Positions 32,201 through 38,670 of a DNA stretch of 64,000 bases are shown piece after piece. Source of the DNA: an uncultured Enterorhabdus sp. (GTDB lineage Bacteria; Actinomycetota; Coriobacteriia; Coriobacteriales; Eggerthellaceae); assembly GCA_947649205.1 (NCBI GenBank), contig CANSQM010000009.1, positions 4,757 to 68,756 of the forward strand. Direction: 5' to 3'. Each line of letters begins with the position of its first letter. The stretch's first letter is position 1. A program made the translations under genes and the position numbers. The notes under the pieces are model-generated. The model saw only the letters and a program-made list of their open reading frames with translations, had not been told where the DNA came from and searched no databases.

Positions 32201-33328
32201 TTTCTCGATAACGATGCCGCGCCCCTCGCCCAAGGCTGCGGGCAAACGGAGATCGAACCCGTTGGCAGCAGGTTCGTACACGGTGGCGAAGTTGGGCTCG
32301 GGAAACACGGGGGCCGCTCCATCGCCTTCGCCGGAATCGCTTGCGCCCTCGGCAACAGCCGCAGCGCTCCCCCTTTCAGGCGAATCGGGCGCGAACAGGG
32401 AAAGGAACGCGGCCACGGGTCCTTCGTTCGCCGGTTCCTCAGCGACAACCAGGGTGTTATCAATGGGTCGGGCACTGCCATCTTCGTCGACATAGGCTGT
32501 GGCCACACCACCCAGCACTGTACGGAACCGCGTCTCCGAAAGCTGGTAGACCGCCACTCCATCTTCTGCCGATATCAGCTCCCCTTCGGGCTCTGGCTCG
32601 GCGTAGTAGTCCACCGGCGGCGCAGGTTCAATCACCTCGACAACGGGAACTTCCTCGGTGGCTTCTTCCGAATGCAGACCCTCCCCTTCGGATCCCGCAT
32701 CTGCCGATGCCGAGGGATCCTCCGGCTGTTCCTCCGAAGGCAACGGCAGAACATCGTCACTCCCCAGATCCGATTCTGCCGAAGAAGGGGCGTCTTCCTC
32801 GGTCGGACTGGGAGATGTTTCTTCATCGGGCTCGTCCGCGGGCCCGGGCAGGCCCGATTGCTCCCCATCTGCGCCGGGTGTCTGAATGTCGCTTTCCGCC
32901 TGCGGTGCTCCCGTATCACCTCGCAACTCGTCAGCATAGGCAGCCACGCCATCGCCCAGCAGCGAGAACGTAAGCAAGAATGCAAGGAGGCAACAGAGGG
33001 CTTGACGACCCGATCGGCGCATCCGGGGCACCACGGCATCCAAAACACTCGCGTTGATGCCACCCCGATCGCTTCGATTCCTCCGCGAACGTCCGTAGAG
33101 ATGTCGCACGAGCATGACCATGGCTACGGTGGAAGAGCCCAGGCCGATCGCGACGGAAGCCATGCGAACGAAAGCCCGGGCCGCTGACAAGCCGTGAGCG
33201 GGCACAACCCATTCCCAGGCAGCCCAGCCAACCAGTCCTGACAGCAATGCCGCCAAAACTGCGGCGCCGAGCATAGCGCTCAAGCACTTTGCAATAACGT
33301 AGCCAAACCCCCGAGACATGGTTCTCAT
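23258..33328 (-). CDS. Giant WapA-like Rhs/YD-repeat polymorphic toxin: TM/signal region, DNRLRE, LysM, DUF6531, YD repeats, Rhs core, PT-TG-like segment, AHH nuclease (start 33319-33361)
   Basis: Unbroken ORF; EPINLNTGNF...LTRTYN; dozens of YD/YE repeats; GYNGEE..GLQYLRARWYDP..G.F; NPVASADPTG; AAHHII...NGVYLP...HPGLH. Confidence 0.95.
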   Translation of the reverse strand: MRTMSRGFGYVIAKCLSAMLGAAVLAALLSGLVGWAAWEWVVPAHGLSAARAFVRMASVAIGLGSSTVAMVMLVRHLYGRSRRNRSDRGGINASVLDAVVPRMRRSGRQALCCLLAFLLTFSLLGDGVAAYADELRGDTGAPQAESDIQTPGADGEQSGLPGPADEPDEETSPSPTEEDAPSSAESDLGSDDVLPLPSEEQPEDPSASADAGSEGEGLHSEEATEEVPVVEVIEPAPPVDYYAEPEPEGELISAEDGVAVYQLSETRFRTVLGGVATAYVDEDGSARPIDNTLVVAEEPANEGPVAAFLSLFAPDSPERGSAAAVAEGASDSGEGDGAAPVFPEPNFATVYEPAANGFDLRLPAALGEGRGIVIEKDGHRIELVPEEGDFTHSAAEGNAIRYTEVRPGVDYQYTLLGGVVKEDVILTRPVEAFAPAMKIIVDDDLEVVHERGIVIVREKGAAPDPSDGESADPALAATAQDPREIITLSAPIAIDAAEAVDNSVSMALGTAEDGTPVARVEANWEWLSAPERAYPVRIDPTIDIAKSAMRVTAVEQLAPDTYVGENDFQYAGYDDGDKTGTAEFRGGYGLGMCRVYLAIQYDFGNIMDEARIDSAKLWLHQRTAFSNGKTELGLYRNKSSWDFDSITWNSQKSMGHEFVTSQNARTSKGYLAWDVREPVNNWVQGTWGQNGLCIKATDERNMQCELLDNKNADNPPSLEIDWAVPDPVSESLSLNATTINLRTVTEADFAGKLQLDGVFADGVAQPRSMVAYELVGKNDAGVAYASRSYKYPDSTEWEKQVPSGTKYRDKLSNWQSKLFGGFAFNTSYKVRARAAANGSSGKLVESDSFLVYKATAKDTLPSIASHYGVSLNTLAQDNRVQDTLIVGGNTIFVRNPKTTKAYNPKQLTDSQKKRIDSALMGRGRHCEYGFEPINLNTGNFILEATDASVPGLGGDFALTRTYNAQGDGYLSSFGRNWSFAWDESLGLQENGAAVYSVGDGKTYWFDPDGKGGFKRHGEAGLALKKIAYKEGSATRYRWEIVDDDGTVRRFDKWGRLTEIQDAGGSITRIGRDANGHIASLADRTGTSYAVTCNAQGLITAVSLPGGARLAYGYDAGGNLTSFTDAGGRAVRYEYDGAGRMTAWYDQNGRRVVANTYDGANRVTRQVDLAGNVNTLSYGSGYTRATDAAGRTTVHRYDDRGRTTSIEYPDGRKVARVYGANNTLISDENGTYAYDAAGNLVQSTSPDGHVTRYTYDGKNHVTSRTDPDGATTRYTYDGAGNLLSETSPATGTTAYTYDFANRCTSKTDADGVRETYAWTGAKLMRVETAAGTTRYAYDAMGRKVSETDPAGHGRTWAYDAAGHLVGERDGAGGSRSYRLDGLGLVKAITDERGYTTSFTYDGAYRIATMTDPAGGVTRYGYDKAGNLVRQVEPGGAVATYAYDARDRMVSETDALGHTTRYAYDERDNVIRVESPDGVVEEAAYDDTYGVPTSYTDPLGNVTTYRYDAAGHLTETEDALGVSERITWEPGGRRASVADGRGTTTSYAYTAAGRVSSIDEAGRTWSFAYDGSGAMEGATDPAGRAFSFTWDGAGNLTSLSDGQGAIASWTHDGEGRTLSETDALGAVTRFAYDGAGNVVRECDALGHETSYEYDAFGAVTAVTDAAGNTVRCEYDEAGNVVAVTDALGHRRTAAYDAVGNLVSATDTLGNVTAYEHDTAGRVTARVRPDGARETSEYDKLGRLVRTVDAAGVEATYEWDVRDNLTAVSDSAGSAEVYEYDGAGNLTSATDSLGRTASLEYDAWGREVRASDFDGSVTTYEYDAAGNLSREIDGLGHAISYGWDARNNLLSETREADGAVTSYEYDAAGNITAATDAMGAVRRWAYDAVGNTTEAVDEEGNATTYGYDALGNLVRSTDPLGNSAVFVWDANGNLTAATSPEGSRDQWAYDGEGRLMSHTDALGREEQWAWDALGNLTTHTDTAGAATSYRHDAVGNLTAETDPLGRTTAYEYDARGNVLSRTAPGGGRWEYGWDELDRLTRITTPRGYVRELEYDEAGNAAVDRDNLGARVTYSYDLLGRLTGQEDAAGHKRSWEWDDAGNLAAETDAAGVRTEYAYDGLDRLVSQRNGEGESARWAWDARGNLVAQGGTDIEGLVFSYDAAGNLTSQADARGNITAYEWDGDGRLARQTSPMGAVTTYRWDKVGNLSAVTDSLGRVSSWDYDDANRVVRATDRNGHSAAYEWDDAGQLTKVTSPEGAVTSYEYDLDGNLAQVTDAMGRITRYGYDAEGGLTSVESPSGALEEFVRDPAGRVTAVVDAAGNATTYDWDELGNLVEKGYSQGDAQSVLYAYDANGLVTARADAMGEAAYEYDEVGRVIAEADGQGRRIQYTYNSLGELDSVTYPDGSVVAYAYDAVGNLIQVRTAEGDYTYEYDEENRPVRLMRPDGSVTTYEYDGEGQLAKLENAGADGDSVSSFAYKWDGEGNPIAEEAVLTNPDGVVIQSARIYAYDDDDRLIAFEEKTDDGSGETHIREEYQWDAAGNRTAIERTDVVSGSTALTKLIYDDDDRLVESVGPEGRTTYEYDKAGNLVRKDAAGEDPVEYAYTAENRLAAVRQGGRVLMAATYDGDGNRVFQATLYHTDELAVGTMPFTELEPKEVTPGQPLPEPEDPAWWGAPTRVAPRWTAAEFGRLATTGTWERRPIEAPVASWRAASAKREAPGSDPALRWAVYGAAVGAASALVPACPAATALVALLDGLLDPLATHGAQPFGIPLPGTDAALLAAATLSSEERQTILSSAGVPLAAPRALPLRGNDLVPAAQEPAVLKPLGDSVQVRYGTIPTYTPYVQERWELVAYVNSTVIDDVAQPLARESSVSGALNDTYGLGRLSTVGGTEAVPVADTYLEDGFGSVSAVMAGDGRIAASYAYAPWGEAAADTGEFGGPALGGIGYQSELPHYGYNGEEATGAAGLQYLRARWYDPGAGTFGSRDTYLGDAADPATLNRYAYAEGNPVASADPTGHESRSTRGKTAKQVRKNSYSRNRVLSGGKGTWMQRSYTSKALKTKTSGLLTTNRSMDRRLASGGKPKAPFQSNTIIRTSGSSVIEKAWSVSQAARSVGRTTKKIFSPSKKRKSSAQIYAEREAARIKRLMCSTLPYYNAPKQKNHNSDTHTTLDIIGTFDPTPLSDGVNAIAYWREKDYTNMAISAIAAIIPYGGDLLKGGKVAKSIAKAASDASKESAAALKLGRPASSKVLAHNMKEAGVTRPSSDYAAHHIIAGGAAKADEARRVLEKWGIDINDPANGVYLPTKKEIVPDSAYHPGLHTNEYYKEVNTRILKASGSKKEVLEELAKIRGELVAGTFDY

Positions 33329-33399
33329 CCCCTTCTGAAGCCAAGGGCCCATGAAAACCATTATGGAATCTATCAGCTAAAATATCATTCGTTTAACGC

Positions 33400-33440
33400 C
33401 AACTTATCGTTGATAAAGAAAACGATTCGTTGAGAATCAC
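33400..33440. promoter_or_regulatory. 41-bp tandem-operator box upstream of rhs
   Basis: caacttatcgttgataaagaaaacgattcgttgagaatcac; 35/41 identical to 35790-35830. Confidence 0.8.
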
Positions 33441-33456
33441 GCTCGTCTCCAGCGCG

Positions 33457-33699
33457 CTAGTCTTCAGTGTAGAAGTCTTCCTGCTCGTCCGCCTCATCGT
33501 AGACGTAATCGAGAATATCCCCTGGCTTGCAATCGAGCGCCCGGCACAGTGCATTCAGAGTAGAGAAGCGAATGGCCTTGATGCGCCCCGTTTTGATGCG
33601 CGAAAGATTGTTCTCCGAAAGGCCAATGAGCTCGGCTATTTCCTTCGACTGAACCTTCCGCTTCGCAAGCATTACGTCTAAGTTTACGATGATTGCCAT
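33457..33699 (-). CDS. Cro/C1-type (YozG-like) XRE HTH regulator
   Basis: IIVNLDVMLAKRK, LSENNLSRIKTGRIKAIRFSTLNALCRALDCKPGDIL. Confidence 0.92.
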   Translation of the reverse strand: MAIIVNLDVMLAKRKVQSKEIAELIGLSENNLSRIKTGRIKAIRFSTLNALCRALDCKPGDILDYVYDEADEQEDFYTED

Positions 33700-33711
33700 G
33701 GCTCCGCTCCC

Positions 33712-34254
33712 CTACAGGGCCTCGTCGGCCAATTCTTGCAGAGTTTTCCCATAGCTGAGAATGTAAGCAAACAGGAAGAATGCCCCAGCAGCAATAAGTG
33801 TCTCGAAGTTGAGGTTGAGCCCTCCGGGTTGATCGCTGGTAAAAATCCCAAAGTCAACACCGCCAAAAGAAAAGCTAAGCGCCGAGACCAAAGGATCCCA
33901 GAAAAGGCAAAACAGGGTAAAGCCAACCATAAGCCACCCCGTGACCAGCATGCGCCTGATTTGTTTTTCAGAAAACGGAGTGGCGCCTTTCGCCACATCA
34001 TGAGCAACGAGAGCGCAGAGGGTAAAGGCGAGGCCCATCACGACATCCTGCGTAAGAGCATACATCGCCCCAATCCAGACAGCAGCCCCATTCCCTGAGC
34101 CTGATTGCTGAACCAAAGCGACAAGAAGGAATAGGGCAAGAACGACAAAGAACGCTGCGGCTACAGCAAAAGCTACGCTAAGGAAGCGGCCCATACGATG
34201 AGCCCTCTGAAGCGATGATTCGATCTTGCCCAATTCTCTGTTGATTTTCAACAA
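33712..34254 (-). CDS. DUF2975 membrane protein
   Basis: About 4 TM helices, GATPFSEKQIRRM, YGKTLQELADEAL ending; usual partner of a YozG-like XRE. Confidence 0.85.
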   Translation of the reverse strand: MLKINRELGKIESSLQRAHRMGRFLSVAFAVAAAFFVVLALFLLVALVQQSGSGNGAAVWIGAMYALTQDVVMGLAFTLCALVAHDVAKGATPFSEKQIRRMLVTGWLMVGFTLFCLFWDPLVSALSFSFGGVDFGIFTSDQPGGLNLNFETLIAAGAFFLFAYILSYGKTLQELADEAL

Positions 34255-34287
34255 AGTTCCTTTTCTCAGTCTGCTATGCCCAACAAA

Positions 34288-34482
34288 CTATAGGACGAGA
34301 GGCTTGGGTTGAGGAAAGTAGCCTTTCTTTTCACAAAACTTGCGCACCTGGGAAGACTCGCTTTTTGTCTCCGCGCTTTGCTTCGCATAGCCGACGTTTA
34401 CGCACACGCCTCCAAACCCAATATGCTGGCAACGCGAGTGGGAAGGGACATCGAAATCATCGAGATCAGAATGAAACAGCAT
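34288..34482 (-). CDS. 64-aa candidate RiPP precursor peptide
   Basis: AAAGGAGG RBS before ATG 34482 inside the rSAM 3' end; MLFHSDLDDFDVPSHSRCQHIGFGGVCVNVGYAKQSAETKSESSQVRKFCEKKGYFPQPKPLVL. Confidence 0.72.
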   Translation of the reverse strand: MLFHSDLDDFDVPSHSRCQHIGFGGVCVNVGYAKQSAETKSESSQVRKFCEKKGYFPQPKPLVL

Positions 34483-35701
34483 GGTTTGCCTCCTTTGGCA
34501 GTTGTCGTTTGATACTTTCCAACGTTTCCCTAAAAAACACCTGGTACAAGGTGCAATATGGGTCAGTTTCCCCGCCACTTCCTATGGCGCGGGCCCGGCA
34601 ACCGGTGCCACAAAGGTAGCGCAGGTCGCACGAGGCACACGGACTCGAAGCGCTCACCTCGTGCACTCGGCGGCCAATCAGCTCGCATTCCTTCGCCGTC
34701 GGTCCCTGCCCATCAAACACATTACCCATGCCATAGCGCTCGTCGTGCATCATGTGGCAGGGGTACACCTCGCCATCGGCGGCCACACTGAGCGTGTCCA
34801 TGCCGGCACCGCAATTCTCGCGGCACTCCAACCCGCTCGCGAGTGTCTGAATGGCCGCCCCATCGCCTCCAGAGCACTGGATCATTATGGAAGCCAAGCG
34901 TCGCAAGTCATCGTCAGTGGGCATGAGGCCCTCGTCGCCCCATCCGCAAGACGTAGAAGAAAGGAGGCTGAAGTTCAGTTCGCAATGCAGCCGAGCAGCC
35001 AAATCATAGTAGAGCGGCACATCATCTATATTGAGGCGGTGCATCGTGGGGGTAATGCAGACATTGATATCCGTCGCCTGCGCCTCGGTCACGAATTCCA
35101 CCAGTCGATCGAAACGTTGCTCTCCGCGAATGAACGCTGGATGGTCGGCAGTCGCCCCGTCGAAGGAAACGGAGATCGTATCGATATAGGGAGCGCAAGC
35201 AGAAAGAAGACTCCGATCAAGCACTGTTCCGTTTGTTAGCACGTTGATGGATGAAATCCCATGATCGATAGCCGCCAACTCAAGGATAGCAGGGAGGTCG
35301 GAGCGCAAGAAGGGTTCACCGCCCGATATATTCAACTCCGCAATGCCCCGCGACGAAAGATACCGCAATGCGTTGCCAATCTGCGTTACCGTAGGGTCAT
35401 CAGCACCATTGCGATCACCAATCCAGGAATAGCATCCCTCGCATCGCAAATTGCACCGGTGGGTAATATGCAGATAGGCACTCTTCAATACAGGCAAGGC
35501 CAGCCGGTCCAATCGGCCTGCCTCCATCTGCGCCGCCAAATCAGGAGCCAATCTCCCTACCTCAGCGATGGACACTTCGCCGGCCACGAATGCCTGCGCC
35601 AGCGGCACTTCATCGGGCGAGAGGCCAATCACGAAGCCTGTCTGAGGGTTTCCAAGCATCGCAATACCGTCGACGGCGAAAAGCCGAGCCCGTTCGTTCA
35701 C
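34466..35701 (-). CDS. Radical SAM/SPASM protein with N-terminal RRE-like region, probable peptide maturase
   Basis: CNLRCEGC, SGGEP, LTNG, VSFDG; SPASM CGAG..ADGEVYPC..CASCDLRYLCGTGCRA..DPYC; GTG 35701 after an AAAGGGG RBS. Confidence 0.9.
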   Translation of the reverse strand: MNERARLFAVDGIAMLGNPQTGFVIGLSPDEVPLAQAFVAGEVSIAEVGRLAPDLAAQMEAGRLDRLALPVLKSAYLHITHRCNLRCEGCYSWIGDRNGADDPTVTQIGNALRYLSSRGIAELNISGGEPFLRSDLPAILELAAIDHGISSINVLTNGTVLDRSLLSACAPYIDTISVSFDGATADHPAFIRGEQRFDRLVEFVTEAQATDINVCITPTMHRLNIDDVPLYYDLAARLHCELNFSLLSSTSCGWGDEGLMPTDDDLRRLASIMIQCSGGDGAAIQTLASGLECRENCGAGMDTLSVAADGEVYPCHMMHDERYGMGNVFDGQGPTAKECELIGRRVHEVSASSPCASCDLRYLCGTGCRARAIGSGGETDPYCTLYQVFFRETLESIKRQLPKEANHAVSF

Positions 35702-35789
35702 TGCATTTCGCCCCTTTCGATACGCATTGTTCCTCTCAAGCCGAATCATAGTTTCCGCTCTTTCGTCGTTGTTTTCCAGTCCCGATTAT

Positions 35790-35830
35790 CAACTTTTCGT
35801 TGTTAATTGAAACGATTCGTTGATAATCAC
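35790..35830. promoter_or_regulatory. 41-bp tandem-operator box between rSAM and lysR
   Basis: caacttttcgttgttaattgaaacgattcgttgataatcac; outer arms GATTATCAAC (35784-35793) and GTTGATAATC (35819-35828) are inverted repeats. Confidence 0.8.
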
Positions 35831-35934
35831 AAGGCTCATTTTCCAGAAAGTGCCCTATATGCGATTCACAACACCCCCAATCATCGAGTATCATTGATTA
35901 CCAACGAAGTTTTGTTGATTGCGGAGATGACGAT

Positions 35935-36864
35935 ATGCATATCGATCATTTAGCTTACCTTGTCGCGACGGTGGATTTGGGCAGCATGGCCGAAGCGGCC
36001 CACCACCTGCACGTGACCAGTCAGGCAATCTCCAAGGCCATCAAAGACATGGAGAAGTACTTTGGCCACGAGATCATTGCGCGCGACGGGCGCAGCATTA
36101 AGCCCACAGCGCTAGGCACCGAGCTTGCAGACCTCGCCCGTCCCGTTGTTGAAGGGTATAAAGACTTCGAGGCATTTGGGCTAAGCTACGTTAAGGACGG
36201 CGATTCTCCTCGCGCTATTCGACTGGGCATTCCCGTTACCGCCTTACGCGGCGCTCTGTTTGATGAAAGCCGGCTCGATCTTTTCCGATTTGAATTCCCG
36301 GAAATCTCACTGGAACTATTTCACAGTTCAGCGGACGGGTGTCTGAGGGCCTTAGAGCAGGGGCTCATTGATGCAGCGGTCAGCATTGGCCGCTGCAACC
36401 AGGATGACTTTTTCAACGTGCGTATCGGCTCGTTGCAACTTAAGGTTCTGGCTCGCACAGGCCACCCCGCCGCCGTGGGCGAAGCGGTCGATTTCAACGA
36501 TTTGGCACGATTCCCCATCGCGCTTCCCGAAGACCTGCGCTTTGTATTTCCCAAAATCGATCAGCAGTTTACCCAAACAGGCCAAAGTAATCGCTTCGAA
36601 GCCCTCACGCCAACCCTCGAAGCCCACAAAGCCTTTCTCGCCAAAGATGGCCTCATCTTGGCGGGCCAGAAGAGTCCGCTTCTGGAACTGGGTGATTTCC
36701 TGTGCGAAAAGCCACTTACCGTCGAAGAAGGCATCTTCGCCCTGCCCCTTTACCTCACCTACCCCCAGAATAAAAACCACCTTAGCCTTTCCCGCCTTCA
36801 ATCCACCCTTATCCGAGGACGGGGATCGCAAGAACCGTTACCCGCGAATCGTTCCCGCCCATAA
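35935..36864 (+). CDS. LysR-family transcriptional regulator
   Basis: GSMAEAAHHLHVTSQAISKAIKDMEKYFG..IIARDGRSIKPTALG; substrate-binding domain. Confidence 0.92.
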   Translation: MHIDHLAYLVATVDLGSMAEAAHHLHVTSQAISKAIKDMEKYFGHEIIARDGRSIKPTALGTELADLARPVVEGYKDFEAFGLSYVKDGDSPRAIRLGIPVTALRGALFDESRLDLFRFEFPEISLELFHSSADGCLRALEQGLIDAAVSIGRCNQDDFFNVRIGSLQLKVLARTGHPAAVGEAVDFNDLARFPIALPEDLRFVFPKIDQQFTQTGQSNRFEALTPTLEAHKAFLAKDGLILAGQKSPLLELGDFLCEKPLTVEEGIFALPLYLTYPQNKNHLSLSRLQSTLIRGRGSQEPLPANRSRP

Positions 36865-36880
36865 TCGAGAGAGGAGAACT

Positions 36881-36982
36881 ATGTCTACAGGAGAGAATGC
36901 ACGGAGCACTAGTTTTTGGCAATTCGATCAGCGCCTTGCCCGGCGCCTCAACGAAGAGCCCGGAGGACATCCCATCGGCTAG
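36881..36982 (+). CDS. 33-aa small ORF
   Basis: GAGGAG RBS upstream of ATG 36881; MSTGENARSTSFWQFDQRLARRLNEEPGGHPIG. Confidence 0.4.
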   Translation: MSTGENARSTSFWQFDQRLARRLNEEPGGHPIG

Positions 36983-37078
36983 CACGAAGAACTACGAGCA
37001 CCAATATCCATCCTGGTCCAAAGACCAATCCCAATTGCCAACAGTCACACATTCGAGCAGCTGATTAAGAAAGGCGGT

Positions 37079-38107
37079 TTGACAATGGACGATACCTTTT
37101 CTCCATTTGGAGCTCCCGAGTGGAAGGAGGAGGCCACCGAGGAGCAAATCCGACGTTTTCGGTCCAAACTACTTGCATGGTGTGCAGAACGCCCTGCCTT
37201 GCTTGCCCTCGTTGCGAGCGCCGCAGGCTTCGTGCTCATCTTCCTCTCCTATTGCACTCAATTCGGCCGAGCCTTCTATTTCGCCATTCCAATCACTGAA
37301 ATTCCCCCTGCGGAAACTTTGGAAACCATTTTGATCATGATCGCTGCCGCCGTTATCCTGCTTGCAACAAATTCAGTTTCATATCGCGAGGTAAAATACC
37401 AGAAGTGCACCCACATCCTAAAACAACTCGTCAAATGGTGGGGCTTTTTATTCATCCTGGTAGTTATTATTTTTGTACTATATGTGCTAATTACCGCGAT
37501 AATTAACGCGCCAATTAACACATTAATTGCCCCGCAGAACGCTGAAAATGGCCAGAGCGACTCCTGGATTGAACCATTGCCAGGACTTCTTGGCGCACTC
37601 GTCCTTCTTGCTCTCCTTATATGGATACTGGTTTTTGGAATGGGAGCTATCTTCGGCCTCTCTGAGCGCAGAAGCCCCCTATCGGTCCGCTGCTACGAAA
37701 AAGACTCGCCGCAAAAAACTGCTCCAAGCAATAACGCGGGAATCATACGGAACAAAATTGGCCGCCAGGCACTTCGATATGGCCTAGCTCTAGCTATTCT
37801 GTCGTGTGGTTTTGTCGCCATAGGTTTTATCGCTCCGCAGTATCCTGGCGCTCCCGCAACTATTGCTGTTGTCGACAACGAGACCGAAGAAAAGCAAACC
37901 TGGCTTGTCGTGTTCTCTGACAAAGATCGCGTTTGCGTGGAGGAATGCGATCTAAGCGATTCCTCACTCTTGAAAGTAGACACATCTCATTTTCTATGGA
38001 TGGACAAGTCAGACCTGGTTTTCTATCCCATCTCAACACCCCGCATAACCGTAGAACTTCCTTCGGACAACGAAGTCAATCCCGATTCAAGCGCAAATCA
38101 AAATTGA
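37079..38107 (+). CDS. Multi-pass membrane hypothetical protein, lower GC
   Basis: 342-aa ORF with about 5-6 hydrophobic helices and a soluble C-terminus; GAAAGG RBS. Confidence 0.75.
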   Translation: MTMDDTFSPFGAPEWKEEATEEQIRRFRSKLLAWCAERPALLALVASAAGFVLIFLSYCTQFGRAFYFAIPITEIPPAETLETILIMIAAAVILLATNSVSYREVKYQKCTHILKQLVKWWGFLFILVVIIFVLYVLITAIINAPINTLIAPQNAENGQSDSWIEPLPGLLGALVLLALLIWILVFGMGAIFGLSERRSPLSVRCYEKDSPQKTAPSNNAGIIRNKIGRQALRYGLALAILSCGFVAIGFIAPQYPGAPATIAVVDNETEEKQTWLVVFSDKDRVCVEECDLSDSSLLKVDTSHFLWMDKSDLVFYPISTPRITVELPSDNEVNPDSSANQN

Positions 38108-38190
38108 TGGCCGCATCGGAGAAATTCAGTCTGCAAAATCACCAAACGGCTAATGACAGACTGGGGTAGCCATTAGGCAGGGCTCCTGGG

Positions 38191-38399
38191 TACCAAACCG
38201 CCTGTTTTTGACGGGCGTTTCGGGTTTTCCGTCAAAAATGAGGGGTTTGGTATCGCGGGCGGTTTTTTGGCGATGCCGTGACCTGGTGCTTCTTTGGGCG
38301 AGGGTTCCAAACCCCTGCTTTTTGCCGGGAAAAACGGTACCAAACCCCTTATTTCTGCCGGAAAATCTTCTGAGGCTGGCAGAAATGAGGGGTTTGGTA
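38191..38399. repeat. Two 62-bp long-arm palindromes (38191-38252, 38338-38399) and a partial arm at 38307-38328
   Basis: Arms TACCAAACCCCT(C/T)ATTT...AAATGAGGGGTTTGGTA read directly. Confidence 0.85.
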
Positions 38400-38500
38400 T
38401 CGAAGAGGGTCTTATGGGACCATTTTTACAGCCAGCAGGGTTATCTGCGCCGCTCTTTTTCTTCGTGGCCGACAATCGGGCCCGCCCCCACCAAACGGAA

Positions 38501-38534
38501 AGCGGGCCGGCTCCGGGAAGGGAGCCGGCCCGCT
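38501..38534. terminator. Hairpin between the convergent island gene and htrA
   Basis: agcgggccggctcc/ggagccggcccgct 14-bp perfect stem. Confidence 0.7.
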
Positions 38535-38670
38535 GAGGTGTTGGGGCGCGAGTGGTGCTTAAGCGGCGCAGGTTGACGCGAACCCTACGCGGCGCGTTGC
38601 CGCCGCTGGCTGGAGCGCTTGCTGCGCCTGGCTGCGATGCTGAGGCGACGCAGGTCGGAGCGCTCGAGGC

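Noticed and set aside
38191-38399. CRISPR array
   Set aside because: Only two long palindromic units, no repeat-spacer periodicity and no cas genes. DNA repeats within rhs are YD coding repeats.
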